DNA of 44,700 nt, counting the filler, from Sphacelaria rigidula (taxonomy: Eukaryota): the NCBI GenBank assembly GCA_964200075.2. It is 2 parts of 2 records of this genome, joined end to end, with 100 filler letters (N's around TTAATTAATTAA, not from the genome) between each part and the next. Parts side by side here need not be neighbours in the genome. Positions count along the whole stretch, not along the records: positions 22,416 to 44,700 come from CAXNAA020000342.1; 1 more part is not named here. The stretch is one strand, 5' to 3'. Numbering within the stretch: the stretch's first letter is position 1; each line of letters starts with the position of its first letter. The notes below the pieces were generated by a model, which made no database searches, was not told the origin of the DNA, and was given only the letters and a program-made list of their open reading frames with translations. Made by a program: the position numbers and the translations under genes. Shown here in pieces: positions 36,201-44,700 of the stretch.

Positions 36201-39200
36201 CCAGTATATCTAGAAGTTTGGAGCACCCACGTGTGTCTGTTCTTGATGCCCATGCGACAACTGCCAGTCGCGTCCGTGGAAGTAAGAGTCACACCTTGCT
36301 ACTAAATGATCGCACAAACAAGTAAGAGCTACTACTAGATGACATTCACAAACACGCAAGACGGATCTGTGTAGCTATGTGCGTCGTGTGTGGAGTTGTG
36401 GAAAAAACCCTCTCCACACTCGTACAAAGAAACACAGACACCGAGAAGCACTAAATTAGGCACAGAGACGCACATGCAAGGCCACAGTCAACAAAGCTAC
36501 GACTGCACACTGAACGAACAGGAATCACTCGAGAGGAATCCACAACCAGACGCACCGAGTGGGACGCAGAAGTCATGCAAAGCGGAACACCCCAGAGAGA
36601 CACATGGAGATCAACTACTTACTCACAGGGATAAGGCAGGTGGGAGGAAGCAAAAGGGAAATGCACGAGAAACGTAAAAGCCACAAAAGCCACCTCATCG
36701 AGTACGATCGCTCGGCAGTCCTCCAGATTCAAAGCCTCCGCATCTAGAAGAGTGGAAACCCTCCCCGGAGTAGCAACCAGCACGTCCACGCCCTCCTGCG
36801 ACACGTGCCCACACACAAGAGGCACAGCAGTCACACACACGGCCAAAGCATACATGTTCAAACTGACACAACTGAAAATAATCGCCATCTGAAGCACTTT
36901 CCGTCAGAAACGTCCACCTTGCAACCTTCAATCTTGCAACAAACCAAATATGTGCGATAGCATCCAACAAGGATAGGCAATTGCATCATTCATACCACGA
37001 ACAGTCACCGCCATGAGAGATCTCGCCAGCTACAGTAGCTCTACAGCGCAGCAGCTCCGCGTTCTAAAACTTTGTCCGTGTCGTAATAAAAATACCATGG
37101 TACCGATACTTACGTCAGGCCACACCTGAAGTGCACTCACACATCAGACCTTAACTTCAATATGTCAATGATATCATTCTTGCACAATAACTCTCGTGTG
37201 CGGTTATCCGGTACCCTCAACCCTTCTTCCTCCCCTTGTTCGAAACGAGCCTGTGCTCTCTGGGGATCATCTCGCCTCCCTCGCGCTTCGCTGTGGAGCA
37301 CAAGATCATGATCATCACATTTCCCACAGTTCCTCAACTTTCGCCGAGCCATTTCGTCAACTCTGCTCTCACATTTTCGGACAGCGCAAACAACATCAGA
37401 GTCAAAGACATGTACCCAAATGTCACAAATGGCGGGACTTTAAACACTCGAAACGACGGACAGCTCAAAGTACATAGCATACCTGCAAAAGCTGGGCTTG
37501 AGTCTTGAAGGTACGGCCGGGCCCTCCCGTGAAGCAACAAGATCGGAAGGGAATTGTCCCGGACAGCAACTGGGCTACTCCGTGCACCTATATGTGATCG
37601 TTTGTTCGACGCGTTGGTTACACGTTGGCTACACGACAGAAGACGACAGCAAGCGAGCACTAAAATTGAATTTCCACCGGCATGCCGAAGACCCTACATT
37701 CCCGTGTAGAGATAAACAGCAAAATCGGGCGAACCATTTGAATGGTGTAGCACTTAAGCAGTGACAAATATACAAGAACGACGGGAGAATAATGTACTTT
37801 GGTATTTTACTGAATACTGAAAACTGAACACTGAAAACTGAATATTGTATTCTACTCAATACTACTTTCGGGCTGTGCTGTGTGTCGCCACCACAACAAA
37901 TCGACCGACAGCAAACACATACCCATGCATTGACGCTGATCATCAGCGCTATTCATAACCCAATTCACTGTCGCTGTGCGTCCCATTGTTGTTCCTCACG
38001 GAATGAGTACATATTTCGACCATTCTTCAGTGATCCGTACATGTTTCGTTACTGTTGAACTGACGTGTGGTTGGGGTATTGCTGCCCTCAGCGGCAGTAG
38101 CAGACCCCAGGCAAGGGATCAGGCTCACAAATAATCGCCTAGCGCCACCGAACAGAATGCGCCCTTTCTTCACATCTTTAATCCCGCAAGTTTTGTGCGA
38201 AAAATGCTTTTGAGGACGTACAAATAAAACGCAAGGCTCTCCTCGTCCGAGGTGTGCTGTGAAGTGACGTCACCATCTCTGGTTCAACACTGACTTTGGA
38301 GAGGAAGTAATTAAAACGTCTACTTTTCTGGCTTAGGTGGGCCTCCCTCACCAGCCGAGAGGGGGTTAGGTCAGGGTTAGGGTTAGGGAGAATCCTACAA
38401 ATCTTGGCGAAGTAAAATGAGCGGAACTGGCGAGATGTCAGATATGCAAAACACCTCCAAGGGCTCGAAAGTGCGGCAGGCTCGATAACAGTAGGGCGAA
38501 CAACGAGTGTATTGTGTGGCAAACGTTGGTGTCCGTTTTGCTTCGTACTTGCTACTTGCTGCTTGCTCGTTTTGTGTCCACCTGTTGCGCAAGCTCGGCA
38601 GTGGGAGCCAAGATAAGCACCCTGGGCCTCCCAGGGGCCGCTCTCCCGTCCTTCTCGCCCAGCTCTTCCAGTCTGATCAAATGACACACACAAAGTTTTA
38701 GGCAGAGTGATGACACGCGAAACAGCCGAAACACAGATGGCACGCGGACACTGATGCCCGCAATCGGATGGAGTGACTCGCAGCCCAGACAGAAAGCACG
38801 CGAAAATTGACACAACTACAACCTTCAAAATACATGAAAATGGTGAATACTCAAGACAAGCGAAGATGAGTGCTCACAGGCCCCAACGTACGTGCCTCCA
38901 TACGCAGCCAGCTTACAATCCATACCAGTAATCACACATGGGGCTTTTTTTAATGATACGATCTGCGTCGACCATGTCCTGCACAGACCATAACCACTGT
39001 AAGGTAGCTAAGGCAATACATGGTTTCATGAGGTAGATTGAAGTGACTGGATCACCGAGTGGCTGAGTACCTGAGACGCTGTACGAGTGGAGCTAGGTAG
39101 GCAAGCGTCTTGCCACTGCCCGTTTGGTCCGCCACCACGCAGTGCTCACCGCTCAGTATCGCGTTGTACGAGATGGCCTGGACACGGAAAAAACACAGTC

Positions 39201-40875
39201 GTAGGCATGCATCAACACATGAAAACGTCATCACACCATCAAGAGGCAGACACTTGTGACTATCCCACGTGTGTGGTGTATGTGATGTGTGTAGCGCTTC
39301 ATGTCATCCTGCAGCTTAAGCATTACGTCCGGTGGGTCGGCCCAGACTGCTTCTGTAGTATTGGTGCGTGATATTGTGCGGAGCAGTACAATTCATTCAT
39401 GCCAGCTGGAGACACCAAACTACGCTCAGAAGCTGCAGTAAGTGTTGGAGGCTACAGTATTTGCTATATGCAAGGTCAAGTAAAGGTCGCTCACTCATTA
39501 TCCGTTAGTGCTTATGGATATGGAGGGCTAAGTGCGCATTATGGCATAAGAACAGTGATCCAGGAGGTGATACATATCTTTTTGTAGTGACTACACCACA
39601 CCCGATTATCTCATGAGCCCCAATATTGGGGGTGTACTCATTTCTCACTTGCCTTAGTCATTGGACTATTGAGATGGAGCGTTGCTTACACTCCCAATAG
39701 AGATACCTCCAACAATTGGGCACTCATTACGTTCCTTCCATACATTACACAAAAACATCTCACACGTGTTATCCCCTTCCTGCTTCGTCGTCGGTGGTCA
39801 TCATGTATTTCGTAGTATAGCGGTCGCTTTCTCGCTACTATATATTGTACCAGACAATTTATGCCACCTTCTTCTTCCCGCATTTTCCCCTGTAACAGGC
39901 CCCGTTCCTCTCAGTACATCGCAACTTCTCCCACTTCATGACTTACAATATGGGGAGGGGGGTTCGGGTACTCGAACCCCAAGTAATCAGGCTTCCAGAC
40001 GTAGTCAGATTTCCGAAAATGAAATTGGTCCAAGTGCTGAAACCATGTCTCTAGACTCAAGGATGTACACAATTTTGGAGATATTAGCACGAGTTGACTA
40101 CCAGTCAGGAATATTGAACCGTTCGGGTTGATTGAAATACACGAGCGAGGCGGGTGATTCACGGAGTGACGTGAAGGCCGCGTCGCATCCTACAGGGCGG
40201 CGATTGGGAGAATATTACTTCACGAAACCAGGTGTCCGTGTGCTGTACTGTGTACTGTACACTACTCCTGCAGGTGATGTAGCTGCTTGCAGAGGCTGTC
40301 ATACCGCTCTTACGACGTTTTCCTATAACGCCATACTGTCTATATTTCCCCTCAAAAGCGATAAAGCCAAAGAAGGGCGGGGGGAAGGGACTGGATGCAG
40401 CATGCGAGAAATACACCGCCTGCAGTATGTTGCAGTATGCCGCAGTACGGTACGTAAATATTGACCCATTATAGATAGAAATGCAGACATGCATGGTTCC
40501 TCGGAGAATGGTACACGCAGGGCTCAACGGGTTCCACTGACTTGACTCTTCACAGATTCTGCACTGCAACATGCTCAGTATGTCACACCACGTGTTGCCG
40601 TTTTGCCATGCTCCACATCGAGGACGCTATCCGATCTCGTCAACTACCGTGCCATTAAAATGATCGCCCTGTGGCGAACGGAAACGGTAAGATGAACTCG
40701 ACGAACCGGTACACTTTGAACATGTATCTCCGTAATATTGTCTTTTGGGGGTAGTTATAATAGGTAGTTCGGTAGTTAGCCCGTCACCACAGAAAGCGTC
40801 CCTCTACCAGATGACTTAGTACTACGGACCTTGGAAGGTATGAGCAGACACCGGAACGGTTTCTTCATGTGTAGG

Positions 40876-40917
<42 letters not shown>

Positions 40918-42740
40918 TTGCACGTGGAACATGTGTTACAGGACGGACCAGAGATGAACATCCTGCATCAACATGTATGGGTGGTGGGATGCCATTCATG
41001 GCATCTATTCGCGCATATGTGTAACTGACATACGCAAAGTCAGTCAGCATGTAAGTTCCCCTCTTTTTGTTGCGCACCTGGATCTTGGAAGGTCTTGTAA
41101 CGCCCAGGGACGCTAGCGCCTTGACAGCCAGCTCGCTCGCCCCAATATCTGGCAGGGGCTAGCATTTGGCATTGCAGCGCGGGAAAACGATACGGCATGT
41201 GAGTATCTACCACCCAACAAGTGACGGTGTTTCCCAACGCTATTTACCATGGGATGCGCTAACATGAAGCCACGTTGCATGTACATCGAGCCACAGCGCA
41301 TGATGGGGATATATTTTGCAGTCGGAAAGGCCCGTCACCCGCGACGAGCATTCATGAGATCAGACGGGCAGTGCCATCCCGTCTCGTGTAATCGTCCAAT
41401 GCTCCAATGCCCCTTTTGCTTCTTTTGAACAAGACGAACGAAAGGGGTGCTGCAGGAGCTACCCAGCCATCCAATGGTCCAACGTGAATGGCTGCTATCT
41501 GCCATCTTCCTCTCCGTGTGAACCACGCGAAACACCGACTGAATATACCGACAACGCCACACCTTGATGCTGTAAAAATGATTTCTGTCCACCGGCCCCA
41601 ACCTGCTCGTCACAGTCCCATCGTCGGTCTCTTCGACCATATTCTGCATCGCCATCACTCCATCATCCACGCCCCCAACATCACCCCGGGCATCATAGCT
41701 ATCTCCAGCGAAGCCAACTTCATCGTCGTCATCGTAACCCCACACCCCACTGCTCGTGTCCTGATCAGGGCCCACCATAGATCCACCAGCATCATGCCTG
41801 CCCCCATCATATCTATCGTTTCCCATGCGGTCGTCCCCTCCTCTCCCAAGGTACTCAGATTCCCCTCGTTGATATCTGCCACGCCCACGCCCCCTGCCAG
41901 ATCGCCCCCCTCCATACTGCGAATTTCCACCACCCCGATAAAATTCCTCCGATCCAAAAAATTCCTGCTCGCGGCTGTCGGTGAAATAGCCACGTCGTCC
42001 TCTGCCCCCGCGTGTGTTTCCGCCCCCTCTGCCCCCCCTTCCTCTCCCTCGTCCTCTCCCTCTGCCCCTATCCTCGTAGTAGTTTGAGCGAGAATCGAAC
42101 GGATCCTGATCGCGTAATCTGCTACGGAAGGACGGCGGGGCGTTTTTGGAGTGATTCGAGGATGGGGATTAGGAGGCTGTTATCGTCGGGTAGTGGACTA
42201 CTACAGTAGTGTTTGTCAGATTCAAAACGGAAATATGGGACGGAAAAAATATTCGAGTATGCATTGGCACTGCAGCGTTCTGTGTGTAGTGGAAACAGCT
42301 TTAGGCTGCACCTCGAGTGCTGGCCTTTCCCTTGCGAACAAATCACTGGGGGTTTTTGTGGTTATGAACAATTCCCCCCTATGTTTTGGGCGTTTCTCGA
42401 GAGACATACTGTAATGCAGGTCGGATGCGCCAATTTATGTTAATTCACGACACTTTGTTGAATCAAAAACGCTGTACTGCCTTCATGTTTGCTGCAGATG
42501 AATGAAGCGCACAGCACGCAAGTATTGAGTGAATGCAATCTGCAAGAACGAAATAAAGCGGTAGAGCACCTTTCGTCCCTAGATCTCTCAACTCGCCGGG
42601 GCGGCTCGCTGAAGCCCCTGTCGTCTCTCCTCCCACCCCTCCCTCGTCCTCCTTCGCGCCGCCCTCCACCGCGCCCCTCCATGCTCACCGATGCTCTCCT
42701 TGGGCGAAAAGTAGAGCTAGACGCTCTCCTCTCGGCTCTC
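30217..42740 (-). CDS. RH50: DEAD-box RNA helicase, RH50-like (DEVD variant), with RGG-rich N-terminal region; 14 exons found, 5' end unresolved
   Basis: Exons 42740-42570, 42118-41563, 41158-41078, 39177-39071, 38672-38582, 37587-37483, 36795-36694, 35933-35832, 33588-33499, 32896-32747, 32414-32334, 31732-31628, 30893-30774, 30282-30217 join in frame. Motifs: PSKIQ, DQTGSGKTLAY, PTAELAQQ, TPGR, DEVD, TAT, GPGLH, LIDCSG, LVFCN, CTDRSSRGMDF, YMRRVGRTARAG. The DEVD, GPGxH, DCSG and RRVGRTAR features match the plant plastid RH50 subfamily as I recall it. Confidence 0.9.
38363..38388 (+). repeat. Short interstitial TTAGGG-like tract; a second degenerate tract lies at ~43067-43099
   Basis: Three to four TTAGG(G)/TCAGGG units inside a helicase intron. 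Confidence 0.55.
40876..40917 (+). repeat. (ACA)14 microsatellite, intronic
   Basis: Perfect trinucleotide run. Confidence 0.95.
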
Positions 42741-43623
42741 CTGATGTCGTCACATGGGTGCGGTATGTTTTTTCGTGGAATTGGTTGAGCATGGTGGGCA
42801 CACAGCACGCAGTACACGACAGTACTGATGATCCTGTAGGATAGCTCCGACAAAATTATGGACGTTGGAAAATCAGTTGATACGATTTTAGAATGAACAC
42901 CGATATCTGGATCTTTGGAGGGGCTGACAATCCCAAGTGCTCCTAGCACGCCCATAACGTGTTTTAGTCCAAGTCGGTGCCGCGCCGATTTGAGGTCTGC
43001 CAACGCACACTTTGCCTAGGGCACCCTCCACAACCCCGTACCCGAGGGTTCTTTTATGCCTTGGTCGGGGTTAGGGCTAGGTTAGCGTTCGTTAGGGTTG
43101 GCGGCATCTCAATCATAGTACTAATCATAGTTTCCGACCATTTGGTAAAAAGCCTTCCGCACACACCACACATCACCATCAGGTGACTCTCTCGATCTTT
43201 GCCGTGGCTTGAATCTTGTAGGCCATGTGATTGCTGGGCTTGAATAGCTTGAATCGAGGACCGTTCCGGGGAACATCAGAACTTTGCTATTTTCAAGACG
43301 ATGTTTGATGCTTGAATAACCTGACCTCCTCAAATTCAATATCGTAGGGTTGGATACTGGTGCAACCAGCTAGTATACTATGTAGTGGATCCTGCCAGTA
43401 CTCCCGGTCCGCAGCGAAGCCCCGCCGGAGGCACCCCCGCTGGAGGCGTACTTTCACCCGATTTGGCTTCAGTAGAGCAAACAAAATGTGATTCGATCTC
43501 ACTTGCGGCACAATATAATATTTTTTCCGTTGAACAATGAGGCGTTATAATGGGACGTAGATATACTGGCAGTACTGGTTGCCCTTATTTCAGTACCGGC
43601 ACACTGGCAGTACAGATGTTGTA

Positions 43624-44623
43624 CTTCCTTTGTCACATGAGTCAGGACCGAATTTTTCACAGACGTCTTTAACGGTCTCCGATGCTGTTTTCGTTTATTT
43701 TGTTTTATTCCTTGGCGTTTTTTAGATCAATACAATGTTTTTTTTCAATTCGCATCACTCCAGGTGGAGTAGCGGCCACAACAAAAGAAGTCGGCCCCCA
43801 AAAGGCCGTTTTTTACCCCTTTTCCACGAGCATAAAAGTGCCGAAAAAGGAAAAAAAAACATGGGGAAAAAAATATCGTTCATCATCCTCTCCATCACCG
43901 TGCTTGATGCCAGATAGTCCCAAGCCTGTGAAGGCCTCCTTGTCGTACTTGACTGTCCTTTCCAACGTTCCCGCCGTCTGCCGCGCAGATATCCCGGTGT
44001 GCTCTACACTAAAGTCGTCATCCCCTAGCTTACGGAGTGTTTGGTTGTAAACCTTGAAGAGGCTTTACCACACCCGTTCTAACGTATCGCTGTCGTGGTC
44101 TTCGTACTCCATGAAGATGGTCTTCACTAACTCGTCTATCGAACTGGCGTTCATCCTCCACATCCTTGACTTTAGGGACGCAAAGAAGCCCAAGTCGTTG
44201 ATGTTCAAGTCAGGCGATTGAGAAGGCTGCGCGACAAGCTCTGCCAACCACCCCTTCCCCATTCCCGCCGAGTTAAGAATCTCTGGGTTTCCTGTGCCCG
44301 TGTGGGGGCTCGCCCCGTCCTGCTGCACTACTAATGTGTGCAGGTGGCTGGGGCGTAATGGTGATTGTTGGGCTATTCTTGAAAAAAAACTTTAAAAAAT
44401 CTAAAAAACATTCTCGAAATGTAGCCGAAATTGGCCAATTTTGGGGACTTTTTTGGCCTATACTTCGACATGTAATAAAATCGCAAATATATATATATAT
44501 TATTGCATCAGTTAGCTGTGAAAAACATCTTTCCGATGAAACTAATTATAGCATCGTAGGCGCGTCCGTTGAAAAGATAAGATCTGCGCCGAAATTCGGT
44601 CCTAATTTATGTGACAGAGGAAG
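43624..44623 (-). mobile_element. Internally deleted Tc1/mariner element (1000 bp) with 32-bp TIRs, TA TSD and a C-terminal transposase remnant
   Basis: CTTCCTTTGTCACATGAGTCAGGACCGAATTT (43624-43655) matches the reverse complement of 44592-44623 at 28/32, with TA at 43622-43623 and 44624-44625. The remnant QQDGASPH...QPSQSPDLNINDLGFF..LERVW*SLFKVYNQTLRKLGDDDFSVEH resembles plant-type mariner transposases and carries an in-frame stop at 44065-44067. Confidence 0.9.
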
Positions 44624-44648
44624 TAGTACTGCAGTGTTGTGTGTTGTC

Positions 44649-44700
44649 GTCCCATTTATTCTGGGCACCACTCTGCACCTTTCGGTGTATGTGGGTGCAT
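44649..44700 (-). repeat. Interspersed repeat, same family as 22193-22315 (runs off the window)
   Basis: 48/52 identical to 22193-22244. Confidence 0.75.

Noticed and set aside
40311..40331. Peptide SYNAILS on the plus strand, identical to part of the helicase exon at 39177
   Set aside because: Opposite strand, different codons and no flanking similarity; compatible with chance.
41488..42087. 199-aa plus-strand ORF
   Set aside because: It is the antisense shadow of the RGG-rich helicase exon.
1640..42740. A functional organellar RNA-processing cluster (PPR + SR + RH50 + SOUL)
   Set aside because: The genes lie on two artificially joined contigs and their products are predicted for different compartments.

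Overview
Eukaryotic nuclear DNA, probably from a brown alga or related photosynthetic stramenopile. This is inferred from ~100-bp exons, 0.2-2.3 kb introns, a signal peptide + 'G-FAP' plastid-targeting motif and TTAGGG-like tracts. Two contigs are joined by an artificial 100-bp spacer (N44-TTAATTAATTAA-N44, 22316-22415). The left contig holds an intronless P-class PPR gene (19 intact repeats + 1 frameshifted), about 15 kb of transposon debris (MITEs, a decayed TE block, a deleted hAT-like element) and exon 1 of an SC35/SRSF2-like SR protein. The right contig holds exon 1 of an unknown gene head-to-head with an 8-exon plastid-targeted SOUL heme-binding gene, a convergent RH50-like DEAD-box (DEVD) helicase gene with at least 14 exons and one GC-AG intron, and a 1-kb deleted Tc1/mariner element. 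I found no convincing new multi-gene system. The best leads are the PPR array whose code predicts a poly(U) target, the hAT-like element with an apparent 5-bp TSD, the mariner with 40-residue D-D spacing, and a candidate poison exon in the SR gene. All alignments and exon calls were made by eye.
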